Source: Paramecium tetraurelia (lineage: Eukaryota). From it: a DNA stretch of 64,000 nt. Position numbers and translations under genes: made by a program. Within the stretch, counting starts at the first letter, position 1. Each line of letters begins with the position of its first letter. Under the pieces are notes generated by a model. That model searched no databases. It was not told the DNA's origin and saw nothing but the letters and a program-made list of their open reading frames with translations. The stretch is from NCBI GenBank assembly GCA_000165425.1, contig CT868671.1, positions 625,027-689,026 of the forward strand, read 5' to 3'. Shown here piece after piece: positions 10,253 through 21,835 of the stretch.

Positions 10253-13200
10253 TCATTATTAAATAACACCTTCCGCTATTTCCTCAATCTCATCGTCCTG
10301 ATAATCTTCAATGACCATCATAGGTGATTACATGGGGGTATGATCCTACTAAAAGAACTTCTATGGTTGTTGTTCATTATTTTAATCCACTGACTTCGTT
10401 GGTGAACCAATCTTAGACGATGAATGAATTGATAATTTCTTTTCCTTCTCAAAATAATCCTAAACTTGCTCTGGCTTTGGATGCAAAAACTAAATCTTAT
10501 TCTACTCACTTCTGAATTCTAAAAAGTTCATCAGAGCCTTCAAACATTTCTATTTGTCTGAAAAATAAATCGATTGGTACTAATTATGATAATCTATACA
10601 CTTACCTTCTTCAATTGCAATTCCGTTTCACAAAAATACATCTACTCAGTGGCATCCCAAGTCTTCATCTAAATCGATGACTCCTTCTCCTCTATGAACA
10701 ATATCACGAACATTCTCTTTGTGGTATTCAAATTGTTGGCCAAATGCAATATCAGAGTTCCCTCAGCCCTGGATCTAGTCAAAGTCTTCCTGTATTCTTT
10801 GTAATTAGAAAAGATTCTCCTATTTCTAAACTTGGTCTGCATAGGTCGAATCGTACTCTCCACAAACAAAATCACATTGTCATCAGGCTTCAATTTAACC
10901 CTCTGCTGATCTTATTAATTAAAACATAGATAGATGAATTTGGAGTTTATTATTTGCAAATTCTTGGTCAGAACCTTCGCCATATTCTCAGGACTCTTTT
11001 CATGAGTCAAGATCTCAGCATCATCAGGTGTTAAATACCAAGCGAATGGTTCCGATCTCTCCTTCAAGTTTTGAGCCTTGATCTCTAATATTCTTTCGTG
11101 ATCCTCAAACACTGAATCTCGATCTTAATTTAAAATCTTCTAAATCTTGTTCTTCACCTAACTTATCACGATCAAATATTTCTTCCCTGTGTAATTCATA
11201 GTCTCTTTGGCAAGTATATTTGTGGCATACGGTCTCTAAGATAATCTCATACTCTTATTGAAATTGGACTGATTCTACATTTAAGATTAGACCTGGATCT
11301 GGGATTCCACTCTACCCACTCCAACACTAAGTGGATTAATCAAGGATGATTGAATCCTGCTTTTATCAATCATAAGACCTCCTGCAAATTAGTCCATTCT
11401 CACTCCTTTTCTCAGATTCTAACTTAGAATCTTAACAGTATTTGGGTCCTTCACATTGAAATTGGGATACAACTTCTTGATGCTCTGTAAATCAACTTAC
11501 AATTTGGTCACATTGTTTTAAGAGTCATCATATGATTTCTTATCTAACAATTACTTAGAGTTAGTGTACACAATATTAATGAGAGTATTCCCTGTCTTCT
11601 CTTAATCAATCAATACTTCCTAGGCATCCTTTTCAATCATTTTTTCATCAACATTGATGTTTTATTGTTCATTTTACTGATTATCCTCAAAAGTAGTTGA
11701 TATCCCATCATCTTGAGCCTTCTAGAATTAATACTCATCAAATTTTATTATTCCATTCTCAATATAGATCTTATTGATAAAGTGACTTGCCAAAGATTAT
11801 GAGCCTAAATCAATCAATTAGAAATTATCATGAGAATAAGAGGCTCTCATTTTTGCTCTCCTTGAATCTTTGTCTTTTGAATTTTTGTTTACTGGAATCA
11901 ATTCAAAAGTATAGATGGTTTGACTTGGTATCTTCCCTGGCTACTTGTATACATTGATAATATAATAATCAGATTTATCATCCCCTCTAATTACTTTGAA
12001 GGATCTCTTTATAAACTCACCCAAATGCTTATTTTTCTCCTCAATCTATCTCTTTCTGGCTAATTTAGTTTGCAACCACTTCTTTAAGAGTTTCTTTCTG
12101 AAAGTAGATTAGGCTGCGATGGCTGCGTAAGTCATCATTTAGAATTTGGTTTCATGAGAGTAGTTCTTCTTCTTCTTTTTCATAATATGACTTTCTATCA
12201 TTATTATAGGTAGAGTCAATGAAAATTGGAACTTATTGAAATTGACAACCAGATTCTTCTAAATTAGAGAGATCAATGGAGTCATCAATGATCGATAATA
12301 TTGGATAGTCTTCATCTAATCATAATTAGAGAGAACTGAGAAATCGATTCTCTAAAGGTCCAATTAATCTTGTCTTTTGGTTTATGAGTTTATTAATTGA
12401 TCGCTTTATTAGGATAGTTTCTCTAAGTTAATCAAAAACTGCTTTTCTCTCAATCTCCTTTTACTTTTGAGAGTCTTGCTCCTCTCCACTAGATGACCCT
12501 AAGGAGTCACAAAGGTCAATTCCCTCATACTTAATTGGAGGTTGCCAGACTACTTGATGAGGAAATAGGATATCTCAATATAATGTTAACCATTGTTCAC
12601 AATGAATTTATGGATGTGCAATTTGGAACGTTTTAATTATTTATACAATTTGAATTTCTCCACCATTCTTTTTACCATCAACATCCCTTGGATCTTTTAA
12701 ACAAACTTTTCTCTCAAGAACAAAGACAAATCCCCTCTTAGATCTTCAAAATTATGAGTATGATCCTTTTCATTGATTGTTATAACCTTTGAGATTGTTC
12801 TACTGAATTCCTTGAAGAATCTGATCACTTGTTTATTGTTGAGATCTTTCAATCTTTCATCCACATATTTGGATTAGAATTGATGTGTGTCAATCTCAAT
12901 CACTCTTTTCTCATTAGTATTATTGAAATGAATAATTATCCTAACAATCATGTACTCTCTATGAAATTCAAAGAATAAAGTGCTTGATCCCTTTTGATAG
13001 ATGGCAATCACCACTTTATCAGTAATTTGATCATTTGGGAGTTCCTCTTATTCACGATCAACAGAGACTCCTTTCTTCGAAGATTTAGCATCATTAAATT
13101 CAAAAGCCAAATAGTCATCCATAATCTTCTGCAATTTGATTTCATCTTTTGAAAATACAATCTTATCATCTTAAAAGTCAATAAGAGGCAAAATGATATT

Positions 13201-16200
13201 CTAAGGGTTTTCTTTGATATAACTGTAAGGGAGATCATAATTGCTGATGAGATCTGATTTCAAGATTGAAGTCTTGTAGGTTTTGGTTGTATAGACATTC
13301 TATGCGTGAATGACAAACAACTACTAAGTCAATTAATAGAAGATCTGCAATTTAAATAAGCCATCTAGGAAAGTGACACTCAAATCTGACACGAAATCTA
13401 GATCATCCTTTAGTGAATGCTAGGATTTAACATCAGACAGTTAATCTTAATTGATATCATTAAATAGATTTGGATTGGTGCCATATTCTGTAGTAGGTAA
13501 CACATTTTAGACATATGCTTTGATTGATGCCTCGTCTTCTTCATCAACATGCTTAGTTGTTTTGACTCTTTGAGCTAATCGAACTTTGAAATCTCTAAAG
13601 ACATTCTGGAGAGTAGAAACAAAGTTTTTCTATTTGTTATCTTCAGCTTGATGATTCAATTTCATTTCTGGATCTTCCTCCAAACATGATACAAATTACT
13701 ATAAGTATTTATCTCTCAATGTAGATCCAATCTTCAATCTTGCATCGAGTGTGTTCTCCTTCTTTTGATTAATATCATCCTCCTCTCCTTGTTTTGACAG
13801 AATCTCTCCATGAACTTGATCGACACTCTTGCATTCAACTTTAGGCTCCCCCTTCTTATTTTTCACTATTCTTGACACCTCAACCATTCTTTATGCTACT
13901 GTTATGATTTCAGTTCGAGATAATGGATAAAACAATTTCTGATAAAATGGAACACATTTATCAAATGCATACACATGTTCTAGGTTCTTCGAAGTAATCA
14001 ATACACTTTAATATTCACTTTGACCCATCAGAGATGTATTCGGATCAGTCCTTTCTATTTCTAAATATAATGTCGTTAAGCATGCCCTTTAATTCATATC
14101 TGATCCATAAATGATTGCCCTTCTCACCAAAATTTCTCGCTCTATGTCTTTCTAATCACTAGTATTGAACTTAGCTTTATTGATCTTCTTTATGGTACAT
14201 CGTCTTCTTAACAAGTAATGTAAAACTGCTCTTTGAATTAATACAATCGAATCGGCTTTGCTTATCTTCGAGTATGTTTCCTTCCCTCCTCTTTTTTAAT
14301 AGTCCTCCTATTTTTATACCCAATAATTGGCTTCGTCACTATACTCTATACTCGGTCCATCCATATCTATTTTCAATATCTCAAACATATTTTCTCTTGT
14401 AACATCTCCCATATTTTAAAACACTATCTATTTGATTTCCAAATCATTTGACTTCTTCTAGGTTTCCTGATTTATTATGTATAAATAATGTTTCTTGCTC
14501 ACGATATTCTATGCCTTAACAATCTTTAAATAATGTCCAGTCACTGTCTTTATCAAGTTTGTTGAATATATCTGCTTCTACTTCTAATTCACCCATTTTT
14601 ATACTCTAATCCTCTGTAAATAACCTTTCATAAATGATTAGATGAATTTTATTGAGGCTAATTCTTTTTCACTCAATTTCTTAGTGTAAAGAGGTGGCCT
14701 AATCTCTCTGATTTCCTCTTCATATGGAACCACATCGTTATATTCAAAATTGTTAATCCCCTAAATGTAAAGCTTATTGCTATCAACCAAAATAAGTTCC
14801 TGCAATATCACTGCTGTTCTCTAAAGTGCCTATCTGAACTAGGTTTTGAATTCAGTTAAGCATCTCACTACGTACTTCCCATCCACCTCATTCATTATGA
14901 TAAATTGTTATGCCACAGTTTGTAAGTTCTTCAGATTCCTCAACAATTAATTCTCCTCAATTATAAAGCACTCTAAATCCTCGATATATTAATGCAACAA
15001 TCCGAGAGACTTCAAGAAACTCTACGTATCCATCTCAAAATAATATTACTATTCTTTTCTCTTGTTTTTGACTCCATTGACCAGTGAAAATCGTACAAAG
15101 GAATCATCATTTGTTATTCCAAATGTAAATATGTAAGCATCTCTAAATGGTTCTATCTTCTCATGAACCATCTAGTTGGGATGACAATAGCTCTACCTCA
15201 AGGTTTAGAATTGTCTAGACTTTACTACGTATTTATGTAAGAGCATTCTTTTATAAGCTTTATAGGTTTCCAATAAGGAAATGATTCGTTAATAGGCCTA
15301 ATTTTCTGTATTGGGAAATTTCTTTAATTTGTTTTTTTATACTATTTTCTTAGTAATCTCTCTCATTTTCAACTCCCTCAGCTTCCTTTTGATGAATCTT
15401 TGGAATTATTTCAGTTTCAATTCATCAGAAGGCAACAATTCTCCTTAATCCTTCTTAGCCTTTTTGAGACAATAAAACTTCTTCCTCTCCTTCTTCATCC
15501 TAAACTAAGCTTGTATTTTTGCTATGCTATTTGCATTATATATCTATTCCTCTATTTCCCTGATGATTTGTTATTCTTTTTCCAATAAATTCTCATCCAC
15601 CTTTTATTTGGATGTATTTTGCTTACTCAGAAAATTCAATCTTTGATCCTTAGTATTGGCTTTGACTGATGATACCTTCAAATCTGCAGACCTCTCATTC
15701 AGCCTCTATTTCTTAACTTCTGTATCTGAGGGCTCTGAGTTAGACCATTCGTCTATTTGAATCTACTCAATCTGATTCATCTTCTTATTACTAACTTGAG
15801 TTTCTTTCCTAGGTTGAATCTCCTCCTATTGCATTTTAAATTCAACTTATTTTGGTTCTGATCTATTCTCTACAGCCTTTTAGGGTTTGACCTCTTAGAA
15901 TGCTTCTTCATCTGTCATTCCTTTCTTAATGGTTGCACTGCTATCTCTTTTATTATTAAGATCCTCCATGTAATTATTTCTCTTAATCGTTGAGTACTTT
16001 TTTGTTTAACACATGGGAGTTGTTTACTAAAAACTCTCATCTGTTGGAACTTCGTAATTTTTCTTTAATTATAAGACTGTCTTAAACAAACCTGGCTATT
16101 GCTAGTTCATTTGGACTATCAATTTTTACTTGGCCAAGTGATGATGACTATGAAATTTTTAAAACAAAGGATCGTGGTTACCTAGATGTTCAAGCACAAA

Positions 16201-16989
16201 TTATAATGATCTTTTGTATTGTTTTACTGCTTCTTCCAAACGATCCAGGGCTTCCAATTCGAATCCATAGTTGAGATTGGCCAAAGCCAAACACCGAACA
16301 GTTTCAATTTGATTTGGATCAAATTCCTTCTTGCCTGATTGAATCGCTTTGAGAGAAGCCTTCAATGCCTTTTCATGCCTTGGGAATTAGAAATTATTCT
16401 TACATATTCATTTAACTTAAAACAGTTGTAATATTCAAATATGTTATTGTTTCCATCTTAATTTAGTCATACATCTGAACTAATTGTAGAGCATTCTCTA
16501 AAGCATTGAATGCTAACTGGGTTTGTCCGATTCTACGATAAACACAACCCATGTTGTTGTAAGCCAAACAACTATAAAAATAAGAGGGGGCATACGTACA
16601 TCGATGTGGGAATTTCCTAAAATGATTTATGTTGAATAATCCATTGGAGAATCAATATACATGTATCATGAAATCCATTCTTTTCAATTTGTGCCATTGC
16701 AAATTTGTTTAGTTGTTTAAACAGAGTATCCACTTCACTTTATTGCTGACTGGTTCCCTTTAGAGCCATGAGTTCTATTCTTAATATCAATAGTACATTT
16801 TTCGTAGAATCCCAATGACTCCAATACTTGAGTTTTCTTCAATTGTTAGTCAGGAGTTTCAATTGATGAAGCAGATGGTTTGGTGATTGGCTAAAAAAGG
16901 GATTGGTGAGCCGATTTTTTCCTTGCTGTGCTCTTTTGATCCACTTTTGGTAATGTTGAACTCGCCGAAGAAGGCCTCAATGGTTACAT
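10253..16989 (-). CDS. very large (~2,200 aa) TPR-repeat, coiled-coil and IQ-motif protein
   Basis: N-terminal TPRs (CLAYNNMGCVYRRIGQTQLAFNALENAL; ALANLNYGFELEALDRLEEAVKQYKRSL), a charged coiled coil near 15.3-15.6 kb, and IQ-like motifs at ~14.6 kb, ~14.2 kb and ~12.1 kb. No intergenic-looking break; sampled rather than translated end to end. Confidence 0.7.
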
Positions 16990-17110
16990 TTACAAATGTT
17001 TTATATTTCAATTATTTTACTAATAATATCAAATGTAAGAAATATAAGTAGAGAGACACATCTTCCATTCTTCCGATATTGAGATTCAAAATACGTTAAA
17101 TAATACAAAA

Positions 17111-17410
17111 TCAATATAACTAGTCCAAAACCAACGTGCTGACCCTCCTTCTAAACAGCGGCGACTTGCACATTTGTAGTTTGCTGCTCTTTATCGTAGA
17201 ACATGAAGTGGCTTCGGAAACTTCGGTGTCAGAATCCATAGATCGAAACGAGAATATAGTTTTTTTCTTAGACAACTCAAAGTTAATCTGCTTTAACTAT
17301 GGATCGGTGAATTGCTCTAAAAATAACTCTCCCTCCAGATACTCGATAATCTTCTTCTCAGTGTCACTAATCTTCGTTGCCATTACCTCTTTGACAATAG
17401 TATCATTCAT
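17111..17410 (-). CDS. hypothetical protein (~99 aa)
   Basis: ORF MNDTIVKEVMATKISDTEKKIIEYLEG...SPLFRRRVSTLVLDQLY*. An in-frame upstream ATG at 17566 is possible but lies in very AT-rich sequence. Confidence 0.65.
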
Positions 17411-18423
17411 TAATAATCTTAATTATATTATGCTCTTCAAAATTTCTAATATCTTGTTTTAAACTAAAATAAGTTAATATTATTCAAAATAATTTAATTG
17501 TATTCCAAGATCCACACTCAAAGACAATATGTTAAAAGATTTTAATTGATAATTTTATATTTCCATAGTATTTTACACAATTAATACCAAATCAACTCGC
17601 CAAATTCATAAGTTCCTCCCAACAAACCAACTCTAGAACCCCAATTCCATTGCACACTCTATTTGCTATCCAAAATTAAATCAAATCTTACTCACTAATC
17701 GATCTTAACACCTTTTATTATAAGTAAAATTATAATATAATCTCGGAGATATATTTTATATTTTCTTGAAATAAAATATATTAAATAAACCTTAACTGAA
17801 TAGTGAATCTCATGAAAACAAAGTATCTCATCAATAAGTATAACAAAATTTAATTATTAAATCACGATTGATTATATAAAATGAAGATATCTTGTATCGG
17901 CTTAAAATTTAAAATTTAATTTGAAAAGTCATTAACTACAATAGCATTTGAAACAGAAACAAAGTTAATAAATACTATTTGTGAATTTTCCAACATAAAA
18001 TAATTTTGAACTTTAGAAAAAAATAGAGATATTTTAGAATGAATACTTTGAAAATTATTATTATTTTGAATGAAATGTTCTTCTGTTTTGCTAGGAAATA
18101 ATTCGTTAATCGTAATTCTGAAATTGTGTAATAAACAAAATTTGATTTAAAAGTCAAAATCTATAAATTATTTTAAGGATCTAGACATTAAGGATACTTA
18201 AGAACTACAAAATATGATTTAAATCATATAATATAGTGAACTTGAGGAAAATTGATGAAAAAATTATAAACAATTCATAATAATATTGACTTTTGATTCA
18301 AATTTTTATGTTGATTAAAAATGTAGAGTAAATTTGAATGATAGAAATAATCAATCAAAAATATGGATATTTAGAATGAATATCAGGTTTTATCAATACT
18401 TAATTATTTGTATATAATTGAAT

Positions 18424-19350
18424 ATGGGTTTGTATTTAGCAAAACCTGATACGACAAAACTAACTCAATCTGGGAAGGTATTGGATTTTGCATACACGTC
18501 TACATCGTTGCAGGGTTGGTAAATCCAACAAGACGAATTTGTAATCATAAAGGAGAAGTTTGATCAAGATAATTGTCTATTCTGTATAGTGGAACAATAT
18601 GGGGGGATGGAGTATGGAAAGTATATTCAGGATCATATAGTGGAGGCACTAGTGAGTGACTCGGAATATAAACAGAAAAATTACGACAAAGCAATTGTTG
18701 GTCTATATGAAAGATTGGACAATTAACTAAAAAATTAATTTAAGGAGAGCACCAGCTACTAGGGTGTTACTCTATTATTAACATTGATTACAAACGAAAA
18801 CATTTATGTAGCGAATGCAGGAGTATTTCGTCCCTTTCGATATAATAGTTATCCAGGTGTATCATTCGATATGAAGGTAAGCACAAGGTAATGACTGTTG
18901 AACATTATCCAATGAACGATCACGAGAAACAGAGGATACTTGCTGCTGGAGGAGAGGTGTGGGAAAATAGATTGAATGCTCATCTCCCATACAGTAGAGG
19001 TCTGGGGAATTTTGAATACAAATCCAATTCCAACCTAGATCAGAGCAAGTAACTGCTAATTTCTGTGCCGAGCATCAAGTATGTTGATAAAGAAGAGACT
19101 GAATTGATTCTAATGGGAAGTCATGGTTTGATATAATTAATGATGAATTTTAGGCTTTTGGGAAACGTGGACTAACAATGCGATCTCGGAGGTCATTTTG
19201 GAGAGAATTCAATAAGGGAAGCCTCTGCCTGATATCTTGGAAACCATATGCGATTCGATCGTGGCATAGAATGTCGAGGGTGAATATGGGAAGGATAACA
19301 TCTCTAGCATATTGGTTCATTTCTAAAGAGAATAAAAGCAGGTTATTTGA
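18424..19350 (+). CDS. PP2C/PPM-family protein with degenerate metal-binding motifs (probable pseudophosphatase)
   Basis: MGLYLAKP...SLQGW, IYVANAGLSRC, EKQRILAAGG, SRGLGNFEYK, LMGSHGFWE, GKDNISSILV. Introns of 26 nt (from ~18823) and 28 nt (19126-19153). Confidence 0.85.
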
Positions 19351-19391
19351 GTTTAATCAATGATTTAAAATGATTAATTTATTATATCTAT

Positions 19392-20751
19392 ATGTAAAAA
19401 AAATCACTACATCAACCCTTCTTGTTAACCCAATTAGAAGTACCGTTTTATTGTAGAGTTGTTCGGAAACATTTTTTTAAGGATAGAGTATATTAGTTAA
19501 AATAACACAATAACCTCATTACTATGACTTATGTACTTGAGTTTGGTATACTTTAGCATTAAAATACGGATGCTCCGAAATATATAATGAACATTGAAGA
19601 ATCCACCAATTTCGAATGGTTAATCAAGCAGCATAGATTGGTTGGTTTCAAATTCCCATACCGAGGCAACTAGAAGGAGTTTTATGCTGATCAGACCGAC
19701 CTTATCTAACTCCGAATGAGATTGGGGAGCAAGATGATTTTTGTTAATCTAACTTAAACCTATAAGTATCTTTCTACGTTAGAAGCTGGATCGTTTGGTT
19801 AAGTATGAAATTATCATCTAGTTAATAGGTTACTACAAACGAGTGTTGCTTTAATAACAAGAAGGTGGCCATTAAACATATATTGCTAAATGGAAAGAAA
19901 GACTAATAGAGAACAATAGAGAATGAAATTCAGATTTTAAGATCGATCAAACATCCGAGATTAGTAGAGATTTACGAAGTCTTTAAAACTGAACTATATT
20001 ATTAAATTGTGACTGAATTTATTGAAGGAGATAATTTAAAACAACTAATATTCAATAAATCAAACCAAATTAAAAATGAAGAAATTTTAGAAATTATGCA
20101 AGTATAAATTAGATAAAATTGAAGTAATTACTCGAAGCTTTGACATATCTCCATCGGAACTAGATTCTTCATCGAGACATCAAACCAGCCAACATTATGT
20201 ATCACAACAACAAACTCAAATTGATCGACTTTGGGCTTGCTTGTTATGATGGCAAACAATTAATTGAAAATCCTAATTGCGGTACAGAAGGCTACGTTGC
20301 TCCTGAAGTCCTCAATGTCCATCAGACCAAAATTAATTACGATTTCAAAGTAGATGTCTTTGGGGCAGGTTGCGTTCTCTACATGCTTTTAACAGGAACT
20401 AAATTTTAATAATCAAATTAATCAAATGCAAGTTATCAAAAAAATAAAACCTATCAAAATAGCGAAAATAGTTAACTATTCGAATTGGTCAAAATTATGA
20501 CCAGGCCTAATCCACTTGACAGGCCTTCAAGTTTTTAGATTCTAGAATTAATTAGGTTAATTAAAGAGAATTGTGCCTATGACATCAGCCTATGGTATAG
20601 TAGCGCATTTAATCTCTCTAATTCAACTCACTCCTATCAGACTGCATCCACTGCTAGGCATATTCACTCTTCCAAAAACTAAAAAAGTGTTTGCAGTTTC
20701 AATAGTGCCAGAGGTATAGGATAGAACCTCTCCAAATAATTTTTAAAATGA
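19392..20751 (+). CDS. Ser/Thr protein kinase, CAMK-like, with ciliate-type N-terminal extension
   Basis: EAGSFGQV, VAIK, ENEIQIL, HRDIKPANIM, DFG, CGTEGYVAPE and DVFGAG are all present. Three tiny introns. Confidence 0.92.
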
Positions 20752-20844
20752 TTATAATGATTTTAATGTTGTTGTATTGGGTATTATTCTCAATGATGCA
20801 AAAATATTATTATTTTTTAATATTATATATGAAATCTATTTTTA

Positions 20845-21587
20845 TCATTTAAATCTCAATAGAATGCCTTTAAAAATAGGAACTCCACCGAAGTTTAACT
20901 ACAAAAAATGGAATTAGAATACGTACATTGTTTAATTACTTAGAATCTCTCCCCAACACTTATTCAGACTTCTTCTAAGTTAATTTAAATTCCCAGGATC
21001 GGGATCTCTCACGAGGATCTTCTATTGGATCTTCAGCAGGTCCAATAATTGGGGTTGTCTACTATTTACTATTTTCAAATGCAATTACTTGGGACTTGGA
21101 TTGCTGCTTGTTGTAGGAGGGAGTTGCTAATTCCCTTCTTTCTTTCTTCAGGATATCACGTTATTACTTAAAATACAAAGATTTTACATACTTTTTCAAC
21201 CTTTTTAAGATAATGACATTGAGATTTGAGAATGAAATTTTTCATAATCAAACTATTGCAAACCACTTTACATTAGAAGAGATTTTTGAAGAAATGATCT
21301 AACTGTATTCTTCTCTCTTCAATTAACTCTTCATCGTCATTGGTGGATCTCCACCAATTAGTCGGAGGAAACTTCGGCAAACTCGCTTTAAGAGTCGATA
21401 AGGATTCATGCAACAATTTAAGATGGGAATAGCGATAATCAACTGAAAAGGAGCATCTTTAATTATTTTCGAAGAAACTATATTTTAGAATCTGATGAAA
21501 TTCTTACATTAATTGATAATAGACTACATCATCATTCTTTTTGAAAGAAGGAACACATATTGAGATGGCAAACCCATTTTCTTACAT
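20845..21587 (-). CDS. PX-domain protein
   Basis: VVYYQL...DYRYSHLKLLHESL...LPKFPPTNWW...LIEERRIQLDHFFKNL, followed by a low-complexity tail. Confidence 0.85.
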
Positions 21588-21835
21588 ATAATTATTTATT
21601 TAATGTTTTTATATACTCACTTTATGGACTTTAAAATGTTTACTCGTCGACTACCTCCTTATCTTGCTCGAAAACAAAAAAACCAACTCAAGTTCCCAAG
21701 TTTCCCCTCCTCTTTACTTCTATACAGTTGTTACGATTCAATAATAAACAAATAAATCTTATACTCTTAGATAATTTATATTAAAATATATTACGTTAAA
21801 AGATTGAATGTTATAAAAATAATTATAATTAATTA

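Noticed and set aside
17136..17462. 108-aa + strand ORF
   Set aside because: Antisense shadow of the minus-strand gene at 17111-17410, with a non-ATG start.
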